Source: Planctomycetaceae bacterium
Lineage (GTDB): Bacteria; Planctomycetota; Planctomycetia; Planctomycetales; Planctomycetaceae
Direction of reading: 5' to 3'
Length of the DNA stretch: 64,000 nt
Assembly: GCA_044337025.1 (NCBI GenBank)
Contig: JBIIOI010000008.1
Location: forward strand, 43,727 to 107,726
Below the pieces are notes generated by a model, which searched no databases, was not told the DNA's origin, and was given only the letters and a program-made list of their open reading frames with translations. Position 1 is the stretch's first letter. Each line of letters opens with the position of its first letter. A program made the position numbers and the translations under genes. Shown here one piece after another: positions 8,786-19,854 of the stretch.

Positions 8786-10255
8786 ATGCGCATTCTGATG
8801 GCCGCCTCGGAGGCGACTCCCTTCGCAAAAACCGGGGGGCTGGCAGACGTTGCGACCGGGCTTTCCAAGGCTCTCGCCAAACTTGGGCACGAAGTCACAC
8901 TCGTCCTGCCGTACTATCGCAAGATCACCAAGCCGGAACTGGCGGGCGAGGTGGTCGGGAAGCTCACGATTCCGATCGGCGACAAGCGAGTCGAAGGCGA
9001 AATCCGCTCGACAAAAATCCCGGGCAGCGAAGTTCGTGTACTGCTGATCGACCAGCCCATGTACTTTGACCGCGCCGGGCTGTATCTCGAAAAGGGCCAC
9101 GACTACACCGACAACGCCGAGCGGTTCCTGTACTTTTCACGCGCTGTCCTCGAGGCAGTCCGCCAGCTCGATCTGCAGCCGGATGTGATTCACGCCAACG
9201 ACTGGCAGACCGGAATCATCCCGGCCATGCTCGCCTCGGAATACCGGCTCCAGCCGTGGTTTCAGCGGACAGCCAGCGTCTTTACGATCCACAACATGGC
9301 GTTCCAGGGGAAGTATCCCTGGTGGGAGTACAAGCTCTCCGGGCTGCGCTGGGAACTGTTTAACTGGCGACAGCTGGAGTTCTACGGCGAGTTGAACCTG
9401 CTGAAGGCTGGGATCGTGATGTCGGAGATCGTCACGACAGTCAGCCCGACCTATGCCCGGGAGATCTGCCGTCCGGAGTTCGGCTATGGGCTCGACCCGG
9501 CTCTGCAGGCTCGCGGCGATGCGCTGGTCGGGATTCTGAACGGTGTCGACATTTCGGACTGGAACCCCGCCACGGACGTCCATCTGCCGGTCAAGTACTC
9601 GCTGGAGACCTTCAAAGAGGGCAAGGCGGCCTGCAAAGCGGCTCTGCAGCGGGAAATGGGACTGCCGCAGAAGCCGGACGCGATGCTGCTGGGCGTCGTC
9701 TCGCGGCTGACCGACCAGAAGGGGCTGGGGCTGATCGCGGCCCGGGCCTCGGAACTGTTCCGGGCGGATATTCAGTTCGTCGTCCTCGGTAACGGGGAGC
9801 TGAAGTACGAGAACTGGCTGCAGGAGCTGAAGAGCCAGTTCCCGACCAAGGTCGCAGCTGCGATCGGCTTCAACGAGACCTTGGCCCACCGGATCGAGGC
9901 CGGCATCGACGCGTTTCTGATGCCGAGCCAGTTCGAGCCGTGCGGCCTCAACCAGATGTACAGCCTCGCGTACGGCACCCCGCCGATTGTCAGCAACGTG
10001 GGCGGGCTGGCCGACTCCGTGGTCGACTGCACTCCGGAGTCGATTGCCAACGGGACCGGAAACGGTTTCAAGTTCACGCAGTACACCGCAGATGCCTTTC
10101 TGTCGTGTGTCTGGCGAGCTGTGGGAGTGTTCCAGCACGACAAGCCGCTGTGGAATCGGCTGATCAAGCACGGCATGTCCCGCGACTGGTCCTGGACCCA
10201 CAGTGCCCAGGAGTACGTGAAGGCCTACGACAACGCCCGCTCCCGCGTGAAGTAA
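8786..10255 (+). CDS. glgA: glycogen synthase (ADP-glucose type, GT5)
   Basis: 489 aa. The N-terminal signature is MRILMAASEATPFAKTGGLADV. Confidence 0.9.
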   Translation: MRILMAASEATPFAKTGGLADVATGLSKALAKLGHEVTLVLPYYRKITKPELAGEVVGKLTIPIGDKRVEGEIRSTKIPGSEVRVLLIDQPMYFDRAGLYLEKGHDYTDNAERFLYFSRAVLEAVRQLDLQPDVIHANDWQTGIIPAMLASEYRLQPWFQRTASVFTIHNMAFQGKYPWWEYKLSGLRWELFNWRQLEFYGELNLLKAGIVMSEIVTTVSPTYAREICRPEFGYGLDPALQARGDALVGILNGVDISDWNPATDVHLPVKYSLETFKEGKAACKAALQREMGLPQKPDAMLLGVVSRLTDQKGLGLIAARASELFRADIQFVVLGNGELKYENWLQELKSQFPTKVAAAIGFNETLAHRIEAGIDAFLMPSQFEPCGLNQMYSLAYGTPPIVSNVGGLADSVVDCTPESIANGTGNGFKFTQYTADAFLSCVWRAVGVFQHDKPLWNRLIKHGMSRDWSWTHSAQEYVKAYDNARSRVK

Positions 10256-10328
10256 ACCAGTGTCGCCTTTCGCTCTGCGAAAGAGCGTTCTGTGGCAGAG
10301 CCAGAGTCAACAATCAGGATCGATTCGC

Positions 10329-11750
10329 ATGGCTGAAACCTTCCGCACGACTCCCGAAGATACGGACAAGATGCCGTCGGGGATCCCTTACATCGTCGGG
10401 AACGAGGCGGCCGAACGGTTCAGCTACTACGGGATGAGCGCGATTCTGTTCGCGTTCATGACCAAATACATCACCGACTCCGCCGGGCAGCCGGCCTTGA
10501 TGTCGAAGGAAGATGCCACAGCCTGGGTCCACGCCTTCAAGGGGGCCAATTACTTCTTCCCGGTGCTGGGGGCGATCATCGCGGATGTCTTCTTCGGGAA
10601 GTATCTGACGATCATGTCACTGTCGATGGTCTACTGCGCCGGGCATCTGGTGCTGGCCTTTCTCGATGCGCATACCGGGATTGATCCCAAGGTCTTGCTC
10701 GGTTCGGGGCTGTTCCTGATCGCTCTGGGTTCCGGGGGGATCAAGCCGTGTGTGTCGGCTCACGTCGGCGACCAGTTCGGAGCGAAGAATAAGCACCTGC
10801 TGGAGAAGGTGTTCGGCTGGTTCTACTTCTCGATCAACTTTGGGGCGTTCTTCTCGCAGATCCTGTGCCCGTGGTTGCTCACTGCGAAGGATGCTGCGGG
10901 CAATCTGCGGTTCGGTCCGGCATGGGCCTTTGGAATCCCCGGCGTCCTGATGGGTGTCGCCACGTTGCTGTTCTGGATCGGTCGTCGGAACTACGCCCAT
11001 ATTCCGCCGGGGGGGAGAGCCTCGATCGATGAGTCGTTCTCTGAGGACGGCATTCGAGCCCTCAGCGGTCTTGTCCCCCTGTTCCTGTTCATTTCGATCT
11101 TCTTCGCACTCTATGACCAGACCTCGTCCCGCTGGATTGAGCAGGCAGAACGCATGGATCGCGAGTTCTCCGTGCCTCTCTTTGGGAAGTTCACGGCAGA
11201 CGCCAGCCAGTTGCAATCGGTCAACGCGATCTTCGTGATGGCGATGATTCCGCTGTTCACGATCTTTGTCTATCCGCTCCTCGGAAAGTCAGCCACCCCG
11301 TTGCGGAAGATCGGAACGGGGCTGTTCCTGATCGCGGGATCGTTTGCCATGACGGCCATCTTTGAGCAGTGGCTGGAGACTGGGCACAAGGTCCATGCCT
11401 GGTGGCAGATTGCCGGGTACGTGGTCCTGACGGCCGCGGAAGTCATCTGCTACGGAACGGCACTGGAGTTCAGCTACACCCAGGCTCCCCCCAAGATGAA
11501 GTCGCTGATCATGGGGCTGCTATTGCTGTCGATTTCGCTGGGGAATTTCATCACTGCGGGGATTAACAGCGGAATCAGTCGCCTGCCACCCGGCGGACAG
11601 AAGCTGTTCCAAGGCTCGGCCTACTACTGGACGTTCACGGTCGCGATGCTGGTGACCGCCGTGCTCTATCTGCTCTGGGCGCCCCGCTACAACGGGAAGA
11701 CCTATGTTCAGGGCGATGATACGGCAGAGCCGGAAGCCACGGCTTCGTGA
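10329..11750 (+). CDS. proton-dependent oligopeptide transporter (POT/PTR2 family)
   Basis: The ExxERFxYYG motif (EAAERFSYYGM) is present, with about 12-14 TM segments. Start was placed at internal ATG 10329 (MAETFRTT...). Confidence 0.85.
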   Translation: MAETFRTTPEDTDKMPSGIPYIVGNEAAERFSYYGMSAILFAFMTKYITDSAGQPALMSKEDATAWVHAFKGANYFFPVLGAIIADVFFGKYLTIMSLSMVYCAGHLVLAFLDAHTGIDPKVLLGSGLFLIALGSGGIKPCVSAHVGDQFGAKNKHLLEKVFGWFYFSINFGAFFSQILCPWLLTAKDAAGNLRFGPAWAFGIPGVLMGVATLLFWIGRRNYAHIPPGGRASIDESFSEDGIRALSGLVPLFLFISIFFALYDQTSSRWIEQAERMDREFSVPLFGKFTADASQLQSVNAIFVMAMIPLFTIFVYPLLGKSATPLRKIGTGLFLIAGSFAMTAIFEQWLETGHKVHAWWQIAGYVVLTAAEVICYGTALEFSYTQAPPKMKSLIMGLLLLSISLGNFITAGINSGISRLPPGGQKLFQGSAYYWTFTVAMLVTAVLYLLWAPRYNGKTYVQGDDTAEPEATAS

Positions 11751-11825
11751 ATCCTGGGGTTTTCACTGCCCACTGCCCATTCCCCACTGCCCAATCTTGG
11801 GGATCGAACTGCACCTGGCAACTGG

Positions 11826-12923
11826 TCAGTGAGCGACCTTCACGTAGACCTTCAGCTGATTCGGGTCTTCCAGCAGACTCATGATCTTTTGGGGATCGCC
11901 GAACCCGTCGACTGGGGTCGTCAGAATTCGCTCGGTGACTCCCGGGAACATGACTTCACCAAGGGCCAGATCGGCCAGGCCCTTCGCGAAGTGGTGGCGG
12001 TTTCCGTTGACTGAGCCCACCAGGAGCTTGTTCCCCAGCACCCACTCCAGATTGATCGCGTCGGAGGGGACGTCGGTCTTCTTCTGTCCGCCGGTCACGC
12101 TGGTCCAGACCAGGGCCCCGTTGATGTTCAGAATCCGCATGCAGTCGAAGGCGACGGCGCTGGAGCCGGTCGCTTCCACGATCAGATCAGGCTTGCCGAC
12201 TTTCTTGACAAGTTCGTCGAGCGGCGTTTCCTTCGTGCTGACATAGGTCGCACCGTAGGCTTGGCAGATCTCTTCCTTGAGGCCAGGGTTCGGCGTCCGG
12301 GCCACGGTGAAGACCTGCAGCCCCTTGAGCCGCAGCATCAGTGTCGTCAGCAGTCCGATCTGCCCCGCTCCCATGACGAAAGCCAGCTTCGGCTCCCAGA
12401 CCTGCAGGCGCTGCTGGGCCAGATAGGCCTGTTCAATCGCCTTGGCACAGACGCTGGCCGGTTCAGACAGAACGCCGAGGTGCTGGAGCCCCTGTGGGAC
12501 CTTGACGACGAACTCGCAATCGTCGACCCACCGCTCGGTCATGAACCCGTGGCGCAGGTTGATTCCGCGCTCGTAGTATTCTTCATGGCCGGTCACGTCG
12601 TTGCGGCCGATCAAGTCGAACAGCGTCGGCCCGGGGCGGCGGACGGTGCAGGTGCAATAGTCCCCCGGCTTCACGTGCGTGACGGCCGAACCGACCGCTT
12701 CGACAACGCCGAACACTTCGTGGCCCAGGACCAAGAAGTCGAACCCTTCGGGAGCCCGCCCGTACAGGGCTTCGTTGATCTCCATGTCGGTCGCGTCGAC
12801 GCCGACCTGGAGCGTCCGCACCAGGACTCCCCGTCCGTTGGGAATCGAATCGAGCTTCGGCTCGGGGAGGTCCGCAATGTGGGCGGAATGCTTGATGCCA
12901 GGTCGGACTGCCAGCGCTCGCAT
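11826..12923 (-). CDS. glucose 1-dehydrogenase-like medium-chain dehydrogenase (archaeal GDH family)
   Basis: MRALAVRPG...[13 protein letters not shown]...[10 protein letters not shown]. Start was mapped to ATG 12921-12923. The upstream 127 codons of the track ORF were discarded. Confidence 0.75.
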   Translation of the reverse strand: MRALAVRPGIKHSAHIADLPEPKLDSIPNGRGVLVRTLQVGVDATDMEINEALYGRAPEGFDFLVLGHEVFGVVEAVGSAVTHVKPGDYCTCTVRRPGPTLFDLIGRNDVTGHEEYYERGINLRHGFMTERWVDDCEFVVKVPQGLQHLGVLSEPASVCAKAIEQAYLAQQRLQVWEPKLAFVMGAGQIGLLTTLMLRLKGLQVFTVARTPNPGLKEEICQAYGATYVSTKETPLDELVKKVGKPDLIVEATGSSAVAFDCMRILNINGALVWTSVTGGQKKTDVPSDAINLEWVLGNKLLVGSVNGNRHHFAKGLADLALGEVMFPGVTERILTTPVDGFGDPQKIMSLLEDPNQLKVYVKVAH

Positions 12924-13206
12924 GACGCGATTCCCGATCGATCGAGTGAGTGTACGAAGCCACGAGCGGTCCGCACGGCCCCGCAGTTTAGAGCCCCCTC
13001 CACGCCAGAACCAGCGGTCCGGACAAGTGTCGCGGAACAATTCTCCCTGCCGATCAGTTCCCGTCGATGCATGGGGTCCGGCGGCAGCTGCAAACCTCGA
13101 CGAGGTTTTGGGATGCGGGATTGGGCGCCGATGTCCTCGTGTCGGTATTCTGCTGGACGCTGCCGCCCCGGAGTGGCGGCCGATCGCCCCCTCCACGGTG
13201 ACCTTG

Positions 13207-14667
<1,461 letters not shown>

Positions 14668-14698
14668 GCGCTGGCTTGCCGTGCTGCGATCCACGAGA

Positions 14699-14721
14699 CA
14701 CGTCGGGCAAGCCCGACGGCT
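14699..14721. repeat. REP-like palindromic element, copy 1 (CACGTCGGGCAAGCCCGACGGCT)
   Basis: The same 23-25 nt element recurs at 19206-19230 and 33189-33213, all intergenic. Confidence 0.45.
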
Positions 14722-14935
14722 CACCGGGCTTGGTCTCCCCAGCGGGGGGGCGAATGCCTATACTTTTCTCGTTCGCATCAGTTGGTTTCCGTGCGGCACT
14801 CCCGTTCCAAGGATTGAGGGCAGGGTGAGCGGACTGGTTTCCGGATTGATGACTCACCCTCTGAAACTCGTTCCCGATTCGGGACAGCTGCGGGCAGCCG
14901 AGGAGCCACTGCCCCGCAGCGCAAGGAGATCGCAC

Positions 14936-16189
14936 ATGGTTTGGCGAAAACTGGGATGGGCAGTGTTGTCCGCAGCGGTTGTCATCACAGGGACAAACTG
15001 GTCCATGGCGGATGAGCCCGCTCCGAAAGCGACCCCCAAGCCCGCGACGAAAGAGGCCGAGGCTGAGTCGACGGAAGAAAAGCCTGCTGCCGAAAAGAAG
15101 CCCGTGGACCCGTTCGCAGTCCCGGAAGGGAACGATCCGAAGGTGCTGCAGCTGTTCATGAGCCGCCTGCAGCGGACCCCGCCGAAGACTCGAACCGAGG
15201 CAGGGATCCTGGAGCACCTCAACAACCTGGAGAAGGTGGCCGACGAGTTGCTGACGCGGGAACTGGAAGAAGAACTGCTGACTCAAGCGGTCGGCATGAA
15301 GATTCAGATCATGGGCCTGTTGCCTCAGTTCGGCGACGAGGCGGCTTCGAAGCGGCGGTCCGAGTTCCTGGCCAAGGCTGCGGTCGATGAACGCCCGGCC
15401 GTCGCGAAGATGGCCGCGATGTACCTGAAGGTCGAAAAGGTCGAGAAGATCGCCGAACTGGAGCAGGCCGACCGCGCCGCACTGGTTCAGCAACTCGCCA
15501 AAGAGATCCAGGAAGGCGAACTCGACCAGGATGAACTGCAATTGGCTGAGCTGGCAGGCAACGCCCTGGCCGAAGCGAAGTTGAACGAAGAGGCCGCAGC
15601 GGCCATGAATCTGTTTGCCAAGTATGTCGAAGCCAACGGGCACCCGAAGGCCAGCAAGATTGCACAGGGGCTGCGGGGCACGGCCAATCGCCTCGGACTG
15701 ATGGGGAACCCGATTGAGATCGCCGGCCAGACCCTGGACGGCAAAGAGTTCAAGATCGAGAGCCTGAAGGGGAAAGTTGTCCTCGTCGACTTCTGGGCCA
15801 CCTGGTGCGGCCCATGCCGCGCCGAATTTCCCAACATGCTGGAGCAGTATGATCTCTACCACGCCAAGGGCTTCGAGATCGTCGGAATCAGCCTGGACGA
15901 AGACCGCGACGCCCTCGATGAGTTCATGAAGGAAGAGAAGCTTCCCTGGATGCAGCTGCACCAGAACGACGGCTCCGGCTGGGGGAACGAGAATGCCCTG
16001 CGCTATGGAATCAACGGCATTCCGGCCTGCTTCCTGGTCGATCAGGAAGGCAAAGTCGTCTCGCTGGAGTGCCGCGGCGATGAGCTGCCCAAGATGCTGG
16101 AAAAGCTATTGGGGCCAGCAGATAAGAAGCCCGCCAAGGCTCCGGCCGACGAGGAAGAAGGCGTGCTGAATCTTCGCAAAGAGAAGTAA
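14936..16189 (+). CDS. TlpA-like thiol:disulfide oxidoreductase (thioredoxin fold, WCGPC) with an N-terminal Lys/Glu/Pro-rich region and coiled coil
   Basis: MVWRKLGWAVLSAAVVITG is a signal/anchor sequence. An AAGGAG Shine-Dalgarno lies 7 nt upstream of ATG 14936. The redoxin motif is FWATWCGPCRAEFP. Confidence 0.8.
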   Translation: MVWRKLGWAVLSAAVVITGTNWSMADEPAPKATPKPATKEAEAESTEEKPAAEKKPVDPFAVPEGNDPKVLQLFMSRLQRTPPKTRTEAGILEHLNNLEKVADELLTRELEEELLTQAVGMKIQIMGLLPQFGDEAASKRRSEFLAKAAVDERPAVAKMAAMYLKVEKVEKIAELEQADRAALVQQLAKEIQEGELDQDELQLAELAGNALAEAKLNEEAAAAMNLFAKYVEANGHPKASKIAQGLRGTANRLGLMGNPIEIAGQTLDGKEFKIESLKGKVVLVDFWATWCGPCRAEFPNMLEQYDLYHAKGFEIVGISLDEDRDALDEFMKEEKLPWMQLHQNDGSGWGNENALRYGINGIPACFLVDQEGKVVSLECRGDELPKMLEKLLGPADKKPAKAPADEEEGVLNLRKEK

Positions 16190-16248
16190 TCCAAACGCTT
16201 CAGTGGTCTCCGCCGGTGGTAGACTACTGACAGTTCGATTCGATCACG

Positions 16249-16294
16249 GCCGTCAGGGAGCGACAAGGGCCTCCTGACGGCTGTGTCGTTTTCT
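16249..16294 (+). terminator. rho-independent terminator (9-bp stem GCCGTCAGG/CCTGACGGC followed by TGTGTCGTTTTCTG)
   Basis: Seen in the sequence 60 nt after the stop of the TlpA-like gene. Confidence 0.55.
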
Positions 16295-16346
16295 GAAGCG
16301 GAGTTCGCGATGTACGCATCAAGTCGCATGTCACAGAAGCAAGCCG

Positions 16347-16406
16347 TAGCCACGTTCGCCAGAACGTGGGTATCCATGCGAACCCACGTTCTGGCGAACG
16401 TGGCTA
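16347..16406. repeat. 25-bp perfect inverted repeat with a 10-nt loop spanning the start codon(s) of the TPR-peroxiredoxin gene
   Basis: TAGCCACGTTCGCCAGAACGTGGGT-atccatgcga-ACCCACGTTCTGGCGAACGTGGCTA. It explains the mirrored peptide strings ATFARTWV.../...THVLANVA in both strands. Confidence 0.6.
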
Positions 16407-18781
16407 TGACGCTAGTTTTGTTGATTCTCATCCCTGTGATCAGCGGCCCCGCGCTGGCTGAGGATCAAAAGCCGGTCGAACCGATGACGACCGGCCCGGC
16501 CCCGGGTCACTCGATCCACGGCGAAGTCTTCGACGAAGGCCCGCGTCAGGCCGCCATCCTGATGGGGAACACGGGTAACGTCCAGTTGCCCGTGCAAAGC
16601 CAGGTTCCGGAGGTGCAGGCCTTTATCAATCAGGGACTCGGACAACTGCACGGGTTCTGGTTCTTTGAATCGGAGCGATCATTCCGGCAGGCGGCCAAGC
16701 TCGATCCCGATTGCGCAACAGCTTATCTGGGGATGGCACTCTCGAACTTCGAGAACCAGAAGCGGGCCCGCGGATTTATCGCAGAAGCTGTCAAACGCAA
16801 GGACAAGGTCTCAGCCCACGAGCGGATGTACATCGACGCCTTCGACGCCTTTCTGAAGGAGGAGCCCAAGAAGGAAGAGCCCAAAGATGCCAAACCGCTG
16901 ACTGACAAGGAGAAGGCCGACAAAGAGAAAGAGTCCGACAAGAAACGCCGCGAGAAGCTGGCTGCGGATCTGGAGAAGATCCTGCACGAGCATCCGGATG
17001 ATCTGGAGGCGAAAGCCCTCCTCGGCTGGCACCTGTGGATGAGCCGCAGCAAGGGAGTCCCCATCGTCAGCTACTTCGCCGTCGATGCGCTGCTGCGGGA
17101 TGTCCTGGAGAAGAACCCGCTGCACCCCTGTCACCACTACATCATCCACCTGTGGGACTATGAAAAGGCCGAGCGGGCTCTCGACTCGGCCTCGAAGTGT
17201 GGTCAGGCGGCCCCGGCAATCGCCCATATGTGGCACATGCCCGGACATATCTACTCACGCGTCAATCGCTACCACGACGCGGTCTATCAGCAGGAAGCCA
17301 GCGCCCGCGTCGACTACGCCCAGATGATGCGGTACCGGATTCTGCCCGACCAGATCCACAACTTCGCCCACAACAACGAATGGCTGATCCGCAACCTGAT
17401 CCACATCGGTAATGAGAAAGCGGCTCGGGAGATGGCGACCAACATGTTGTCGCTGCCGAGGCATCCCAAATGGAACAAGGCCGATGGCGATGGCGGCAGC
17501 GCGGGGTTCGGTCGCAACCGGTTGCTGGAGACTCTCGTGCAGTTTGAGGACTGGACCGCTCTGAAGGCATTCGCCGACAGCCCGGTTCTGGAAGAGGGGG
17601 CCAGCGACGAGCAGAAGATCAAGCGGCTGCAGTACCTCGGACTGGCAGCATTCCATACGGGTGACTTCTTCGGGGGCTGTGACTATACGATGCGACTCAT
17701 GCAGATGCGGACCGCCGTCGTCGCCGAGCAGAAGGTGGCCGAGACCAAGGCTCGTGATGAAGCGACAAAAGCGATGAAGCCGCAAGCCGAGATCGACAAG
17801 GCAGGCCAAGACGCGGCCAACGGATTCAACGGTCGGCTGAATCCCTTGAAGCATGCGATTCACGACCTGGAAGCTCAGATTCATATCGCCCATCGGGCCT
17901 ATGGCGATGCCTTGAACCTGCTCAAGGACACCACGCGTGTCGACCGCCCGCTGCAGGCCCGCACCCAGCTGGCCGCCGGCGAGACCGACAAGGCGATCAA
18001 GACGGCTCAGGACTTCGCGAACTCCCACAAGAACGAAACGATCCCGCTCACACACCTGATCTCAATCCTGTGGCAGGCCGGACGCACGGGCGAAGCCAAA
18101 GCCGAGTTCGACAAGCTGCGGGCGATGTCATCGGTGATCGACCGCGACGCTCCGGTGTTTCGTCGACTCGAACCGATCGCAGCGGCTCTACAGTACCCGG
18201 CGGACTGGACGCTGCCCGCTGAGCCGCGCAGCGATGTTGGAAATCGTCCGGAGCTCGCTTCGCTCGGTCCCTACACATGGGAGCCCCAGCCCGCCCTGCC
18301 CTGGTCGCTGGCTGACCATGAGGAGAAGGCGCTCGCACTGGCCGACCTGCAAGGGAAGCCGACGATCGTGATCTTCTATCTGGGAGCCGGTTGCCTGCAC
18401 TGCGTGGAACAGCTGCACAAGTTCGGCCCCAAGACCGCTGAGTTCGCCCAGCAGGGGATCGAGATTGTCGGGATCAGCACCGACAGTCCCTCCGATCTTC
18501 AGACCGCTGTCAAGAACTACAGCGGGCAGTTCCCGTTCCGGCTGCTGTCCAACAACGACCTGTCGGCGTTCAAGGCGTACCGCTGCCACGACGACTTTGA
18601 AGGGAAGCCGCTGCACGGCACCTTCCTGATCGGAGCGGATGGACGCGAGCTCTGGCACGACATCGGAGCCGAGCCGTTCATGGAGGTCGACTTCCTGCTC
18701 AAGGAAGCCCCACGCCTGATCAAGCTGCATACTCGTTCAGTTGTGACACCCAGCGAAGGGACGGGTGCGGCTGCGGAGTGA
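16376..18781 (+). CDS. TPR-repeat protein fused to a C-terminal AhpC/TSA-type peroxiredoxin (redoxin) domain, secreted
   Basis: The signal peptide is MRTHVLANVAMTLVLLILIPVISGPALA. The C-terminal redoxin region is PTIVIFYLGAGCLHCVEQ. The start is ambiguous: ATG 16376 or 16406. Confidence 0.7.
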   Translation: MRTHVLANVAMTLVLLILIPVISGPALAEDQKPVEPMTTGPAPGHSIHGEVFDEGPRQAAILMGNTGNVQLPVQSQVPEVQAFINQGLGQLHGFWFFESERSFRQAAKLDPDCATAYLGMALSNFENQKRARGFIAEAVKRKDKVSAHERMYIDAFDAFLKEEPKKEEPKDAKPLTDKEKADKEKESDKKRREKLAADLEKILHEHPDDLEAKALLGWHLWMSRSKGVPIVSYFAVDALLRDVLEKNPLHPCHHYIIHLWDYEKAERALDSASKCGQAAPAIAHMWHMPGHIYSRVNRYHDAVYQQEASARVDYAQMMRYRILPDQIHNFAHNNEWLIRNLIHIGNEKAAREMATNMLSLPRHPKWNKADGDGGSAGFGRNRLLETLVQFEDWTALKAFADSPVLEEGASDEQKIKRLQYLGLAAFHTGDFFGGCDYTMRLMQMRTAVVAEQKVAETKARDEATKAMKPQAEIDKAGQDAANGFNGRLNPLKHAIHDLEAQIHIAHRAYGDALNLLKDTTRVDRPLQARTQLAAGETDKAIKTAQDFANSHKNETIPLTHLISILWQAGRTGEAKAEFDKLRAMSSVIDRDAPVFRRLEPIAAALQYPADWTLPAEPRSDVGNRPELASLGPYTWEPQPALPWSLADHEEKALALADLQGKPTIVIFYLGAGCLHCVEQLHKFGPKTAEFAQQGIEIVGISTDSPSDLQTAVKNYSGQFPFRLLSNNDLSAFKAYRCHDDFEGKPLHGTFLIGADGRELWHDIGAEPFMEVDFLLKEAPRLIKLHTRSVVTPSEGTGAAAE

Positions 18782-18798
18782 GAGTGCCTCGCACGGAT

Positions 18799-19080
18799 CT
18801 ATTGCAACCAAGTGGCGTCCAGTCGCTTTTTGAGTCCAGTTCTCAGAACGCTCGCCCCGGCAATGACGATTCCGACTGCGAAATAAACGATGAACCCGGT
18901 GGCGAGTCCGAGAGTAAATAATCCGATGCCGCCGATAATCATGAGGATGCCCATCACCACTTCGGTGACGCCATCCCAGCGGCCAGGTTCGCCGCAGGTT
19001 TCTTCTCGAACCTGCTCCTGGGCGGAAAGGTGCTGAAGGATTTCCTCATCCGACATAGATTCCAGATTCTTCTTCGGCAT
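18799..19080 (-). CDS. small hypothetical membrane protein (2 predicted TM helices)
   Basis: 93 aa. A hydrophobic core VVMGILMIIGGIGLFTLGLATGFIVYFAVGIVIAGA is present. The gene is convergent with the preceding gene. Confidence 0.4.
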   Translation of the reverse strand: MPKKNLESMSDEEILQHLSAQEQVREETCGEPGRWDGVTEVVMGILMIIGGIGLFTLGLATGFIVYFAVGIVIAGASVLRTGLKKRLDATWLQ

Positions 19081-19205
19081 AGGACCAGACTTCGAGACTT
19101 GGAGGGCGGAATTGAATCAGAAAATACCGACAGTCCAGAGCGAGTCAAGCAGCGTCGGCTCGTAAACATGGCAACGGGGTTGTGCAAACGGGGCGCCCCT
19201 CGAGG

Positions 19206-19230
19206 CACGTCGGGCTAGCCCGACGGCTAA
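19206..19230. repeat. REP-like palindromic element, copy 2 (CACGTCGGGCTAGCCCGACGGCTAA)
   Basis: See 14699-14721. Confidence 0.45.
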
Positions 19231-19709
19231 CAGGACTTCCCCTGTTCGAGCAGATGCACCGCGGCCCGACCGCTGATCGTTTCGCTGCGAATGAGTTCCT
19301 GTGCAATCAGTTCCACCGCCCGCCAGGTGGCTGGCTGGGACAGCAGATGCTCGACCTTGGCCAGCAACCGCTTCTGCAGTCGCTCAGCCTGCTTCTCACC
19401 CGCCCGCTGCCGTGCCAACATCGCGACATTCTGCAGGTCGCGGGCCGCTCCCCCCCACGCGTAATGGCCACTGTACCGAGCCTCAGCTGCCAGCCCGGCC
19501 AGCGAGATCAGGATCTCGCGTTCGAGCCAGTCATCGGACGGACGGGGTCGCCCTTTCTGAAACTCGCATCGGCCCAACGTCTGCTCCTTGGCCCGGATGC
19601 TCACTCGCTGCACCGACCGCCCCAGCACGAGCGCGATCACGGCGTGACCCGCCTCATGATAGGCGGTCGCAACGACGAACAAGGGAGGCGAGGGATTCGG
19701 CTCGGACAT
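19227..19709 (-). CDS. stand-alone FtsH-like M41 zinc-peptidase domain protein (no AAA+ or TM region)
   Basis: 160 aa. TAYHEAGHAVIA is the HExxH motif. The segments ...RVSIRAKEQTLGRCEF... and ...GGAARDLQNVAMLARQ... are collinear with the FtsH protease domain. Confidence 0.65.
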   Translation of the reverse strand: MSEPNPSPPLFVVATAYHEAGHAVIALVLGRSVQRVSIRAKEQTLGRCEFQKGRPRPSDDWLEREILISLAGLAAEARYSGHYAWGGAARDLQNVAMLARQRAGEKQAERLQKRLLAKVEHLLSQPATWRAVELIAQELIRSETISGRAAVHLLEQGKSC

Positions 19710-19789
19710 GCGAAGTTCGAGTGATGGCTTGCAAGTCTCGCATCATAGCGGCATTTCCGGGCACCTGTCTCACCGCTGGATCCGCCAAC

Positions 19790-19819
19790 AAAAAAACCCT
19801 CGACCGGGATGGTCGAGGG
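19790..19819 (-). terminator. rho-independent terminator of glnII (stem CCCTCGACC/GGTCGAGGG followed by T7 on the minus strand)
   Basis: The plus strand reads AAAAAAACCCTCGACCGGGATGGTCGAGGG 36 nt beyond the glnII stop. Confidence 0.65.
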
Positions 19820-19854
19820 TTTCTGGTTTCGAACCGGGGCCGATGCCTCCGGAA

